Part shown: positions 49,690 through 63,073 of the stretch, piece after piece
Numbering within the stretch: position 1 is the stretch's first letter
Layout: each line of letters starts with the position of its first letter
Notes under the pieces: model-generated
The model's input: the letters and a program-made list of their open reading frames with translations, nothing else
The model's database searches: none
Told to the model about the DNA's origin: nothing
Source: Octopus bimaculoides
Lineage: Eukaryota
Direction of reading: 5' to 3'
NCBI RefSeq assembly: GCF_001194135.2
Contig: NC_069004.1
Coordinates: forward strand, 15,615,310-15,679,309
Length of the DNA stretch: 64,000 nt
Program-made: the position numbers and the translations under genes

Positions 49690-52420
49690 TAGATAGTGAT
49701 CCAAGTAACATCACACACATACTACAAGAACTAGATTTCCAGTGGGTGGTTTTAGATGATCCTAGAACACTTCTAGGAATAAAGAGATTTCAAAAAGAAA
49801 ATTGTATTCGAGTGGGGTTAGAAATTTTGATTCATGTCAAACCTGAGCCACTCAACAAAATCCAACCAAATAAGGCTTTCAGGAAGGTTGCAACTACAGG
49901 TAGTTGTAGAAGGCAGAAGATCACAATACTGCAACTTAAGAAATACAAACCAGCTCAAGGCTGCCTACCCCAGTATCAAAGACTGATAACTGAAAGGAAA
50001 CCTCCACTGTTGCCAACACTACAACTGCAACAGCAGCAACCAGAACAACAAAATGCAATTGCATCATCAGTGATTGCACCCCTACAAGATTGGAAGCAGC
50101 AGTTGTTGTAACAACACCAAGAGTGGAAACAACAGCAACAAAAAAGAACAAAACAAACACTATCAACATGAAACACCATGTCACCAACTGAAAGGCCCCA
50201 AACATCAAAACAAAACGAAAATTACCCCTAAGACAAGATCCTTCCCACTCAGATATGTTATGTGGCAAAGGAGATGAGGAGGAGCCTAAATGGCAAAAAG
50301 TCACCAATGTAAGGAAAAGAAAAAAAACACACCAACACAAAACCTAGCATAGGGGTTGATGCCTTTGAGCATCTATGTAACCACAATCCCCATCACTATT
50401 ACAGACACCACCATTACAAACACAACCTCATTCATACACAGTACCTGGCAGATAACACACCCCCAACACAAACAAAAAAACATTAAACAAACAGTCATAA
50501 ACACAAGCAATAAAGAATGAATGGACTACATACATTAAGATACACTAACTACATCACATTAACTAAGAACATTCCATTATACATAAAAATCACCTAGATA
50601 TCAAATACATACAACAGTACTCAAAAAGAGTAGGAAACCTCCGAGAGAATGTGGAGGGACAAAACAAACTGTTCCTTCACAGGAATAAGGTAAGAGAGCC
50701 TTTCTGACCCATTTCTTCCTTGTCAGCCATATCTGTCCTCAGAATAGGCAGTGTAAATGCACATGATATGGAATCAGCTTGTAAGCGAGGCCACCTGCTC
50801 AATGACCTCAGGTCACTAGATATAGATGTGTGGCCAACAACAAAACCTGAGTTTCCAATCCACAAGTCTCAATCCACAAGCCTCAATCCCCATTTTTGGT
50901 GGATACAGGATTTACTTATCTCGAAATAGGCTAGGACTGGGAGGTTCAACTGTTGTGTTGTTCTGGAAGAGTCTGGATCTCACAATACAGACCATCTTTT
51001 TGGACCTAGATGGTGGTCCTGAACAGTAGTGAAGTGAGTGCTTTAAGGGTAGTAGCTGTTTAAACTGTAACAGGGGTGAGACAGCTGAATTTCTTCAGGA
51101 GTCTGAAGGTTTCCCTGGAAACATCTACTCTTTTGTGCTAGTGGGAAACCAGAATGCTATCTTAGATGCACATTTAGATTGTGTGGAGATAAGTGATAGG
51201 AGATGTGGTTAAGAACCTCACAAACATGCACAGATGGTTCCAACTGTTTGACAGATACTGATTGGATTTCCCAAAGGTGCCAATGTGTACATGGAAAAAC
51301 TGCTCAGAGTCATCCAGATCCTATCTGGATAGAATATTCTGCAGGCTAGAAAAAATAGCAAAGGTTGTCCACTTTTTGAAATTGTCAGCTACATAGTTTA
51401 TGAATTTGTGATTTGCATGGTTGAAGTAGAAAGGCTGAATAGGCAGTGACCCAGTGACTAGAAGCTGAAGACACCACTCCTGTTATGTCACATTTACAGA
51501 GACAGGATTAGTAGGTGTTGATGGGCAATTGTCAACAACAAATGGTGCTTTGGTCTGAAAAGGCCAATTAGAGTAGAGTCAGTTTGGTTTAGCTTGGCTG
51601 TAGTGACAGAAAAATGGAATAGAAGGTAGCCCAATTAGAAACTGAGAAGAAACACTTAAAGCATCAGAACTGAAGTGTTTGTGGCATGATTGACCCTCAA
51701 CCAATTCTTCAATGCAAAGCATGAGGGATGCATTGTCAAAGCTAAGGTGTATGCTCGACAACTTAAGAGGATGAAAGCCATTTGTTGGGTCCTAGTGGAA
51801 GAAGTACAGTGTAGCAACAAAGGTACAATTCAGTCTTCGGCAGACTATAATGGATGCATGTTTCTCAACTCCAAGCAGATCTGTAAGGCTATTCAGCAGC
51901 ATTTCACTCAACTGTTTTGCAGTGTTGCAAAAGCCAATAACAGCCATAAAGATATGGGAAGTGGTGGTTGGCTGCAAGAGGATCAAATTACCTGGTTTGA
52001 ATGATCTGCTCTACAAGCTCCACTTTTATATTCCACACTTGTTTGAAAATTTGGCATACATCAACTACAACTGGTAGCAAAACAGGAGAGCCCCCAATTC
52101 TGTGAGTTGAGTGATGGCACTGCTAAGAAAGGATCCTAACAAAGGAAATCATTTTTATCCTATAACTCTGTTAAATGCAGATTCAAAGTATAAGCCAAGG
52201 AGTTTGCAAATCGATTGGTACTTGTTTCCAATGGTTAGACTGTTTATGTGTAAATATGCACCATCACAAGAAGATATTTCCTTGACAATCTCCACCTCAT
52301 ACAATACACCATAGAGAGAGTGGTTAAAGAACCTGACATAGATGACATGAAGCCCTGATCAATTTAGATCAACCAAAATCTTTCGATTGGGTACCCACCA
52401 ATACTTGGCAGCTGTTCTCA
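49690..52420 (+). mobile_element. Tx1/L1-clade LINE remnant (ORF1 remnant, APE endonuclease, start of RT)
   Basis: VVEGRR.. (ORF1), LRIGSVNA..KRGHLLNDLRSLDIDV (APE), LLRKDPNKG..FYPITLLNADSK (RT start); many stops. Confidence 0.7.
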
Positions 52421-53368
52421 AAGAATTTCTGTAGAAATTATAGCCAGTACTGATTTTGTTAACACCATAGTACAGAGTATTGACTTATAAAAATATTTAA
52501 TATACTTTGTAGCATATCATGGTTGCATAACGAAATACGGTGTGCCTACAAGTCATGAATATTTATGTACCAGCTTCCAGAAATGTGTTTAATATGTAAA
52601 TTAGTATATCCAAATAACATTGCACTGTTATATGTAGTGGTTATTTAAGCAATGAGTTCGTGGATGATCAATATGTTAGATAAGTGCTGATGAAGGGGGC
52701 AAAAACCCTTGAAATACAGCATATATTCCCTTTACCTGTTTTTCATCTTCAATCTCATTGTTTGTTTATATCTGATGTCTCGGATACGAAATGTCATAAG
52801 AAAATCAGTGCTGGCTATAATTTCTATAGAAAATCTGTAGAGATGACCTTAACACACAATTTAAATGCAGTGTTAACACAGTAGTACATGGTATTGATGT
52901 ATGAAAATGTTTAATACACTTTGTAGTATATTATGATTGCATAACGAAATACTGTGTGCCTACAAGTCATTAATATTTATTTTATTGGTGCCAAAAGAAT
53001 GAAAGGCAAAATTGACCTTGGTAGGAATTGAACTCAGGATGTAAAAATTTGGAACAAATACCACAGATTTTGTCAGTTCACCACGTTGATTGTTTCTAAA
53101 TTGGGTACAAAGCCTTAAATTTGTAGGGGAGGTTAGTCAGTACCTTCAACCCCAGTACTTGATAGGTACTTTATTTTATTGACCCAGCGGGGATAAAAAG
53201 TAAAATCTACTTTGGCAGGATTTGAACTTAGAACATAAAGAGTCAGAAGAAATACTGCAAGACACTGTTGTACACTATGCTGAATGCAGACAGGATGATT
53301 ATGATTGGAATATTTTTGAATGTAGATCTACTCAACCAGGTGTGACCTTGAGTCAAAAAAAAAAGCAA

Positions 53369-53825
53369 GGACACATTAGATAATGTAGTCTTAGATACAC
53401 TATGTCTGAATAAAATATAGAGTAGTCATGGCTGGAACATCTTTGATCATGGGTTTGCTTGATCAGGACTGACCCTGGGTTAAACAATAATTAAGAAGGA
53501 CACAATAGATAATGTAGTTCTAGGTACTTTAAATGAGAAAAAGAGACAGGATGGTTGTAGCTGGAACATCATTGATGAAGAATGGCCCGGGGCTAAACTA
53601 CAACAATATAGAGACCCAGGCGCTAATGAGAGAGAGTTTCTATGTGATCAGTTCATTTACGGCTAGAAATAACTGCTAAATGTTCTTCAACTCACAACCT
53701 AACTTATAAAAAAGAAAATGACACATCAGATATTGTAGTCCTTGATATTAATGAAAAGACAGGATGCTCATGGCTGGAACACATGTACACCTTCAAGAGT
53801 GACCTGGAGCTAAACAACAACAATG
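53369..53825 (+). repeat. Three diverged ~130-bp direct repeats (probable SINE/LINE tails)
   Basis: Units starting at about 53369, 53498 and 53717 share gacaca..agata.tgtagt ... gctggaaca ... gctaaacaac. Confidence 0.55.
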
Positions 53826-54674
53826 ATAACAAAGTACACACCTGAAAGTTGATGCTGGGCTCATCAAGCAGATGTTCAGAGAGCATGGCGACATAGGTGC
53901 CATTATAGCTTTCACCTGTAACAAAAAATTCCTGACAGCAAGATTGTTCAGACAATTCTAGTAATAACAGAGATAGAAGTCAGGAATTATCTAGGACTAG
54001 CAGTATAGCCCAGCTTTGCTCAGGATTAAGTTGGGATTATTAAGCTAATCAAGTTCTTTATTTCAAACCAAACTAAATAACATGACGTCGAATTTGGGCA
54101 GAATCAGTGTTGCAACTGGAGGGCATGGGTTGGGAGTTTGATCGGCAGAGGTGATCAAGTTACACATGCCAGCTCTTTGAAAACAGGACCGCTATCATCT
54201 AACCACTCTTTGCCCATGGGTTAGGAACCCTTCCAGCAAGGAAAATAGAATGACCNNNNNNNNNNNNNNNNNNNNNNNNNNNNNNNNNNNNNNNNNNNNN
54301 NNNNNNNNNNNNNNNNNNNNNNNNNNNNNNNNNNNNNNNNNNNNNNNNNNNNNNNCTTGTAAATAATATTTACAAGGTCACAAATTTCTAGTATAGAGGT
54401 GTAGACAATTCAATCAATCAACTTTTTGTACATACATTCATTTTGTTATCGCATTGTATTTATGAGTATATTGATGTGTGCCTGCAAAAATGCAGCAGGT
54501 GTTTACCATATTCATCAAGTTTAATGTGATCTCTAGTGTAATGTAAATCCCACAGTTATACCTAAAAAACAATATTTTATCCTTTTATCTTCTTTTTACA
54601 CTTGAGTATAATGTTAACACCCAAGTTTAACTCTGATATTTTGTCTCAAAATATCAAGATCAATTTCTCATTTA

Positions 54675-54797
<123 letters not shown>

Positions 54798-55304
54798 CAT
54801 GCATACATACATACACTAGATCAATAGTTTGTATGTTGTGCTGGCAATTCCTTTTGCCATGCCACTAGCACATATGTGGATATCTAATTATATCCCCTTG
54901 ATTCTTAATTTTTTGAATTCCTGTGAGAGTAATTTCCTTTGACCCTTATCAGTATCACACCAACACAATACCAGTGCTACTGACCTATTGGAAGAATATG
55001 TTGTCATCTGTACTACTTGTTTGGTGTGTTTTCTAATTATAATAGCTGAATGAAGATACATATATGGTAGTGTTTATTGAAATGTATAAATTTAGTCTGT
55101 TTTGATTTTTGCACACCTATGTGCTTAAAAGATGGTTCAACACTTTATATAAATAATGTGTCTCATTCAAAATTTCTGGGTTGAGGGTTACTCAGAACTT
55201 CTCAATAAGCCTTCTAAAGTCAACTTAATTTTATCAATTCTTTTGAACAGTGACCCATCCTAGAGGAAATGGTGTCTACACCAATAGAGGACATAAGATT
55301 AGCT

Positions 55305-57215
55305 GACTCTCTCCCTAATTAGCTGGGCTATGACCCTCTCAGTGACTTTCATTACCTGGTCCAACAGCTTGATACCTCTGTAATTGTTTGTGCCTAAAGC
55401 GTCACCTTTACGTTTATAGCAGTTGACTATGGTGCTGCTACACCAGTCATTGGGTATGACTCCTTCGTGTATCACTTGGTTAACTATATGGGTGACTAGG
55501 CTATAGCCGACACTGTCAGATATTTTGAGCATCTCTGCAGTGATTCCTTATTTCTTTATTGCCCACAAGGGGCTAAACATAGGGGGGACAAACAAAGACA
55601 AACAAGGAGATTAAGTCGATTACATCGACCCCAGTGCGTAACTGGTACTTAATTTATCGACCCCGAAAGGATGAAAGGCAAAGTCGACCACGGCGGAATT
55701 TGAACTCAGAATGTAACAGCAGACGAAATACCGCTAAGCATTTCGCCCGGCGTGCTAATGATTCTGCCAGCTCACTGCCTCTGCAGTGATTCCTGATGAG
55801 CCAGGGGCTTTCCCTGTCTTCATACTCTTGATTGCTTTAGGTACTGTCAATTAGGATAGCTGGTCCCTCTGTTGGGTCGACATGCGGCAGACTCTCTTCC
55901 TCCCATTCATTCTCTTTATTGAGCAACCTTTCATAGTGGCATCTCCAAACCTCTCTCTTTGCAGCCTCGTTTAATGGAAGTGAACCATCATCCATGCAGA
56001 CACATTTCTCTCCCACGACATCATGATTCTTTCTCACACACTGTCTTGCAACATGAAATACCTCCAGTCTTTGGTACTAATGGTGCAGAACATTGGCAAT
56101 TTTTTTCTTATCTGCTTCTCCTCTAGCTAAATAAACCTGTCTCCTAGCATCCCTTCTGGCAGTCTAATACAATTCCCTGCTACCTCCATTCTTCCAGTCA
56201 TCCCAAGCCTGTTTCTTTTGTCTAATAGCCCTGTCAACCACAGTGTTCCACCACCACATTACTTTGGGTCGAGAGGGGACTTTGCACCATCCACAGATCT
56301 GGTCAGTGGCTCTCAGCAGGTTGTCCCGTAGAAACCTCCAATTGTCTCCCACATTGTGTGATGCTATATCCCCTTCTATTTCGTCAAATGCTTTGAGTAA
56401 GACATCTCTAAATCTCTGCCCATTTGCAGGATCTTTAAACTTCCAGACCCTTCTCCTCCAGGCTGGTCTACTTCTCGGCATCCATTTAGCCTTGATCCCG
56501 AAGTCGCTAACTACTAATCTGCATTGAGGTGTACATTCTTCGCCTGGGAAGGTTTTGGCATTTATAAGCAGTCCTCTTTCCCTTTTTCTGGTGAGGATGT
56601 AGTCAATTTGCCAGAATGGTAGGTGACTAGGTTACTGGCAGGTTTCCTGAAGTTGGTATTGCAAACCATAAGATCATTTGCATCACAGAACTCCAGCAGT
56701 CTGGTTCCCTCCTCATTGCAGGAACCAAAGCCATAGCCTCCATGTATGCCATGGAAGCCTCCTGCATGTTGTCCAACATGTCTGTTGAAATTACCAGCCA
56801 CAAAGAAAAGGTCCCTGTCATCCGTCAATGAGGTAATCTGCAAAAGGGTGTCATAAAATTGGTCTTTCTGCCCATCCGGTAGCCCTGGTTGAGGGGCATA
56901 GCTAACCTATGGTAAAGCACTAATCTAATTTTAAGTACTCTGTCACATACTCTACCACGATTACCTTATCAACCCATTTCTCCAAAAGAAATATTCCCAC
57001 GCCCCCGACGCCGTCCGTGTTCCCTGCCCAGAAGATCTTGTACCTGTGTTCTTTGCCTGTGAGGAACCTAGCGGAACCTCCTCTCCACCTTACTTCTTTG
57101 ATGCAGCACAAATCTATACGTCTCCATTCAAGCATCTCAACAATCTCACCAGACCTACTTTTCAGTATGCCAACGTTGAGAGTGCCAATTCTGAGAGAGT
57201 GGGAGGTGTGGGCAT
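55305..57215 (-). mobile_element. RTE-clade LINE, 5' half (APE endonuclease to early RT), truncated at both ends
   Basis: LRIGTLNVG, VRWRGGSAR, AGNFNRHVG..NEEGTRLLEFC, KTGKAPG, NYRGIKLL. Confidence 0.9.
55549..55778 (-). mobile_element. Young SINE B nested in the RTE ORF; 16-bp TSD
   Basis: TSD ctctgcagtgattcct at 55533-55548 and 55779-55794. Confidence 0.9.
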
Positions 57216-57217
57216 TA

Positions 57218-58264
57218 CAGAATAATAGAATTAAAATGTCTTTGATTAAACCCTTTCTAACATGGAATTATCCAAAGAGCATTTGAGGCACATAATGCTT
57301 TATGAGTACAAAAAAGGAAACTCTGCAGCCAAAGCAACTCGAAACATACACTCAGTTTATGGGAAAGAATGTTTTAATGAAAGAACTTGCAGAAGATGGT
57401 TTGCAAAATTCAGAAGCAGAGATTTCAGCCTTGAAAATGAAGATCGAACTGGACGTCCAATTGAGTTTGATGATAAGCTCCTTGAGGTATTACTTGAAGA
57501 AAATCCTGTGTTATCAGTTGAAGAATTGGCAATAAAGCTTAGTTGAAACCATACAACTGTTTATTGTCATCTTCAACAACTTGGAAAGGTTCCTAAACTT
57601 GGAAAATGGGTGCCTCATGAATTGTCCAAAAGCAACTGCAAATCCCGAGTTGACTTCTNNNNNNNNNNNNNNNNNNNNNNNNNNNNNNNNNNNNNNNNNN
57701 NNNNNNNNNNNNNNNNNNNNNNNNNNNNNNNNNNNNNNNNNNNNNNNNNNNNNNNNNNNNNNNNNNNNNNNNNNNNNNNNNNNNNNNNNNNNNNNNNNNN
57801 NNNNNNNNNNNNNNNNNNNNNNNNNNNNNNNNNNNNNNNNNNNNNNNNNNNNNNNNNNNNNNNNNNNNNNNNNNNNNNNNNNNNNNNNNNNNNNNNNNNN
57901 NNNNNNNNNNNNNNNNNNNNNNNNNNNNNNNNNNNNNNNNNNNNNNNNNNNNNNNNNNNNNNNNNNNNNNNNNNNNNNNNNNNNNNNNNNNNNNNNNNNN
58001 NNNNNNNNNNNGTAGTTTACAGAATCATTTGGGGGTCATAACTTTCGCAAACCAGGAGGAGGTCAAAACTGACATTTCAGAGTTCTTCGCTTTGAAACCA
58101 AAAGAGTTTTACATAGATGGAATTAGAAAGCTTGTAAATAGATGGAAGGAAGTCATAGATAATCAGGGAAAGTACATTGATGATTAAATTTCTATTAAAT
58201 ATAACATTTGATCATTTGTTTTCTTTATTCAAAATTCAGACAGAACTTATGGGATGATCTGATA
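57218..58264 (+). mobile_element. Mariner transposon, inactive (transposase 57262-58187; stop at 57544; central N-gap)
   Basis: HLRHIMLYEYKKG..RTCRRWFAKFRS..GRP, KLGKWVPHEL, FYIDGIRKLVNRWKEVIDNQGKYIDD*; right TIR ..cagaacttatgggatgatctgaTA; left TIR absent. Confidence 0.9.
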
Positions 58265-58639
58265 ATTACTCTCATAACTCCTAGTTTTGTTTATTTGTCT
58301 TTTTTTACTGATATAAATAACAATAAATATATACACATTCTCACATGGACATCTGAAAGAAAGTTGCAGTCAGCACATTGGGTAAGAGTTACATAGGCTT
58401 ATAGAACAAACATATCTCATTAGGCATCTAGAGAAGAGTAAAGGGGATATGACACAAATTCAAGATGGTTTTGAGATGTTAGGCCTTTGCTAGTCAACTC
58501 AAGACAGGTGGTATTGTTGGTCTGAAAGTGACAACAGTTCTTTCCTTTATTCTTAGACCCACATGTTCAGACTGGATGTTGCTATATCTGGAAGCTACAG
58601 TATGGTATATTAGTGATATAGTTCATTGCATTTGATGCC

Positions 58640-59330
58640 ACACATAGCTATGTGAGGTACAGTAGTGAGTTAGTTGCTTGGTGGACAAGTTCTGATTGTT
58701 GAAGAGTCTCCAAATAGAATGAGACATGGAGGTGGAAGTTTCTTGTCTCTGCATCCGAAGGAGTGCATATGCTGTGTATACCTTCCATCAGAATGACTTC
58801 CTCAACATTGAATGGAGTATCATCGACAGCCTCCCCCACTCTGCTTTACTTACCGGGAATTTACAACAGCCAACTCTTCCTCCACAAGCGATTACATTTA
58901 CTTCACCAACAGAATGAATAAGCTATCTTATTGTTGCCACCAGAAGTCCACTCTGTTGATAAACTTCTAGCCACTGACAGCCAACAATCCTAACATACCA
59001 CCTTAGGCCTGGTTGCTCCATACACAAGGGAAGGGTACTTAACACCTTCCACTCATATAGACTACAGCTCCCATCTATGTTGATTATCCAGCCTCAGTTC
59101 TTTAACCTAGTACCACCAAATCTGATTACTTTCATGGAAAGGTTATTGCTACAAATGTGTTATTTCTCGATGGATCATCCACCAAGCAACTAACCCATAA
59201 CAATACCTCACCCTACGATGTGTGGCATACCATACTACAGCTTTTGGATATAGCAATGACAACTACCTGCCAACATCTTGTCTGAGCATGTGGGCCCAAG
59301 AATAAACAAAAGAACTGTTGTAGCTTTCAG
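58640..59330 (+). mobile_element. Probable LINE APE-endonuclease remnant
   Basis: Weak motifs (LLTGNL, TFHSY, MDHPP); heavily decayed. Confidence 0.3.
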
Positions 59331-59469
59331 ACCAGTAACACCACACAACTTGAGTTGACTAATAAAGGCCTAACATCTCAAAACCATCTTGAATTTGTCT
59401 CAAATCCCTTTACTTTCCTCTTGATGCCTGACAAAATATGTTTATTCTATAAGGCTAGAAAACTTTAAG

Positions 59470-60411
59470 TTGCATAAAGTAGAATCAGATGGTTGCCCCA
59501 ACTGTACATGCTGATGGGAAAGCATTAAAAACTGTTTCCTCCTTCAGTTATCTTGATTCCATTATGTCCACTGATGCTAAGACAGATAAAGAAATCGACT
59601 CCAGAATCAGGAAGGCTAGTTCCATTTTTGCTTAACTTTATCACAGGCTTTGGAACAGCCATGATGTATCATTGATGGTGAAAGTCAATGTATATAAGTC
59701 AGTGGTTTTGACATCATTACTTTATCATGCTAATTCTTAGACCTTGTACTGAAAGCACATCAATCAGCTTGACACTTTTCATATGCGATGCTTGTGTACT
59801 ATCTCCAACATAAAACCAAGTGACTATATTTGTAACAGTGAGGTGCTAACAAAATGCAATGTATTAGATATTGAAGCCATCTTCATCAAAATACAACTTA
59901 GATGGTCAGATCATCTCTCACATAAGAGTGATATTAGAATTCTGAAGCAATTCATTGGCCTATTCCCAACAGAAAGGTCAGTTGGAAGGCCACTCTTACC
60001 TTTCAAGACAAACTAAAAGACAATCTGAAGCGATGCAACATTCCCTTTTCTTCCTGGGAAAACAAAGCATCAGAACACAGGACCTGGCAGCAGTCTTGCT
60101 TCTTGTCAGTTCAAAGATTTGAGCAAAGTTGACTCCAACATCAGGACCAACTTCATGCAAGCATGAAGGTATGCTGGCCAAACGCTACTTCTCTAAATGG
60201 AAACCTTACTTGTTATTGTGGTTTTGTGGCATGAAGCAAAGCAGGCTTTGGCGTTCACTCAAGAAAACACATAGTAAATGACCTACAAGCATTCAAGCAA
60301 ACTGAGACCCCAACTTATCCCTTTTGCCAAAAGGTTTGCAAGGCACCAGCAGGCCTCAGGAGGCACATTTGTGCCCATAGAACATGATTACTGCTTTATT
60401 TTACCAAACCC
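59470..60411 (+). mobile_element. RTE (BovB-like) LINE 3' part with a C2H2 zinc finger
   Basis: SSFSYLDS..EIDSRIRKASS.F..L..RLW, FHMRCL..I, QLRWSDH, PFCQKVCKAPAGLRRHICAH. Confidence 0.8.
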
Positions 60412-60599
60412 NNNNNNNNNNNNNNNNNNNNNNNNNNNNNNNNNNNNNNNNNNNNNNNNNNNNNNNNNNNNNNNNNNNNNNNNNNNNNNNNNNNNNNNNN
60501 NNNNNNNNNNNNNNNNNNNNNNNNNNNNNNNNNNNNNNNNNNNNNNNNNNNNNNNNNNNNNNNNNNNNNNNNNNNNNNNNNNNNNNNNNNNNNNNNNNN

Positions 60600-60645
<46 letters not shown>

Positions 60646-62286
60646 CAACATTTAACATTGTCTTCCATGTCAGCGTAGGTTGGACAATTAGACAGGATCC
60701 AACAAGCCAGAGGATTGTATTAAGCTTCAATGTTGGCTTTGATATAGTTTCTACAGGTGGATGTTCTTCCTAAATTCAATAACTTTGCAGAGTGTACTGG
60801 GTGCATTTTTGTGATATCAGTATTTCTGAGTTCACCAAGTAACTTGCATAACATTGAAGAAGACCCCTTGACTGAGTGGGGTTGTAGTACAGGGGGAGCT
60901 GGCTTTATGCTAAGTGTTAAGGAGCTAAAGTATAATAGAGGGACAGGCATAGGGGTCTTCCTATTGAGGAGATGCATGGTTGCCCTGCATTATGTAGGGG
61001 TGAATGTGAAGAGCTGGAAAGATATTGGTGGCAAGATATCTGAGCATACTCTCAAGGTAAAAGAGAAGTATAAAACTGGGGATGGAGAAGTGTGGATGGA
61101 TAAGTTCATAAGAGTGTGAAAGGTGGTTAGAAATGGGGGGAGAGGTTAATGTAGTGAATAATGTGCTAGAGTAGAGGTGTGGTTGATGGTAAATATCAGT
61201 ATGGGGGAAAAAGTAAAAAAAAAAAAAGCTCAGGAAGGGTGGAGAGTATCAGTATGATAAATCAATAGATAGATCAGAACTTAGGGAAAGCTTGTAGGAA
61301 GATCTGAAAATAGGAAGATGATATATGAGTTGAGAGAGTGGAGATGGAGATCAGAGGTGCATAGTTGTGACTATTGTGTGTGGGGACAAAAGTTGTGGGG
61401 TAGATATGAGAGAGTGTTAAATATAAAGTGGAAAGGAATGATAGTGAGAATGAGGGATGGATGATAAAGGAAGTGGTTCCAGGGAGAGAGGGAGATGGTT
61501 AGAGGCATAAAGAGGCGCAGGCACATCTGTTGCTAAGTGAATTTCTTGATTTCAGATTCAATCCCATTGTGTGGCATTTTGTGCAAGTGTCTTCTAATAT
61601 AGTCTTCAGTTGACCAATACTTTTTTGAGTGAAATACGTTGACATTGTGCATGTGTGTATGTATGTGCCTGTATGTGTTTGTCTCTACATGTCATTACAT
61701 TGACATGACTATATTCATGGGGATGTTTATGTCTTGAATAAACAGAAAGATTGACAGTCCAGTGTGCAGTGTCATAATATAATCTACCTTATTTAGAAAC
61801 AAGTTAGCAACAGGAATGACATCCAGCTGTAGAATACCATCTTAAAAAATTTTGTCTAACCCATACTAGTGGATATAAAAATGATTAAGAAATATATATT
61901 ATGTCCGGCACGATCTTTTTTCCCCACCTACAACATTGACATTAACTTCATTTTATTTCATATTTGAAAATGTATTGTAGGTGGAAAACTTCTAACCATC
62001 CAAATTTGCCAGCTTAGCTATTCCACTTCTCAACTCCTTAGGGAAAACATGAGCATCATAACACCATTTGTCTCACCTACCTAAACCAATAAATCACCCA
62101 TGAGGGTACATTTCTTATTCAACCAATTGACCTATCATATTTTCATTATCTGTTATGTTTATAAATTAATTTTGATTTCACATTGTTTTACCTTTCTATA
62201 TTTTTCTGTATTTATTAAAGGTCCCTGCACCAGAATGTCAGTTAAATAATTGGCCTCCAACCCACCAAAGTGTGAAGTTAATTAGA

Positions 62287-62592
62287 ATGAGTTGTATTGA
62301 CTACTCTCAGACAGCTGAGAACCACCAGTGTCTTCTGATACTAGTCAAACATGTTGGTACACAACTCCACAATAAAACATTCCTGTATCTCTGGGAACGT
62401 GTACGGAGGGTTTCCACCGTTCACATTCCAAACCATCAACGCACCATTTGGTTGCGTTATAAGCGGGTTTATCCTGTGGACAACAACGAATGGGGAGACT
62501 TCCAAGCACATCGCAAAGTTCTGGGCATTATCTGTGTTGGAAAATGTCGTAACATGAAAGAATTTGAAGAAATTTTTGAGAATTACAAAAAG
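62287..62592 (+). CDS. TRAPPC9: Trafficking protein particle complex subunit 9, first coding exon (MSCIDYSQTAENHQCLL...NNEWGDFQAHRKVLGII...NYKK)
   Basis: NNEWGDFQxHRKVxG motif and N-terminus match TRAPPC9/NIBP as I recall it; acceptor AG at 62219-62220, donor GTAAAA at 62593. Confidence 0.93.
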
Positions 62593-62817
62593 GTAAAACA
62601 CCAACAATTATTTTTGCTCTATCTTAGTGTTTTTAACTCAATTTTCAAGGAAGAAAATATTGACTAATGTAGTCCAACACTACATAAAAGAGAGGATAGT
62701 TACAGCTGCAATGTCTTTAATCATAAGTCTGCTGGATCAGCAGCAACAGCTTAAAATCTTTGAATCAAGCAGATTAAGCAATGTTATGAACCTTAACCAG
62801 GAGCAAACAAAATACCT

Positions 62818-62854
<37 letters not shown>

Positions 62855-63073
62855 AAGAAGAAGATGTGGTCAATAGTCTAGCACTTTGATCTCACAGCCT
62901 TCATAATTATAATTAGTGCGATAATGTTTATATTTAGCTAGCCATTCCATCTCTATCTCAATATCTTTTTTTTTTTAAATCATACTAATTAAAAACTTTG
63001 TTCAATTAAAATTTTTTACTTACATATATGTGTATAATTTTTCTTGTTTTATAATTTAAAAATCAACTTTCAG

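Noticed and set aside
60830-61500. Purine-rich, coding-like stretch
   Set aside because: Probably an old retroelement remnant, but no diagnostic motif was found.
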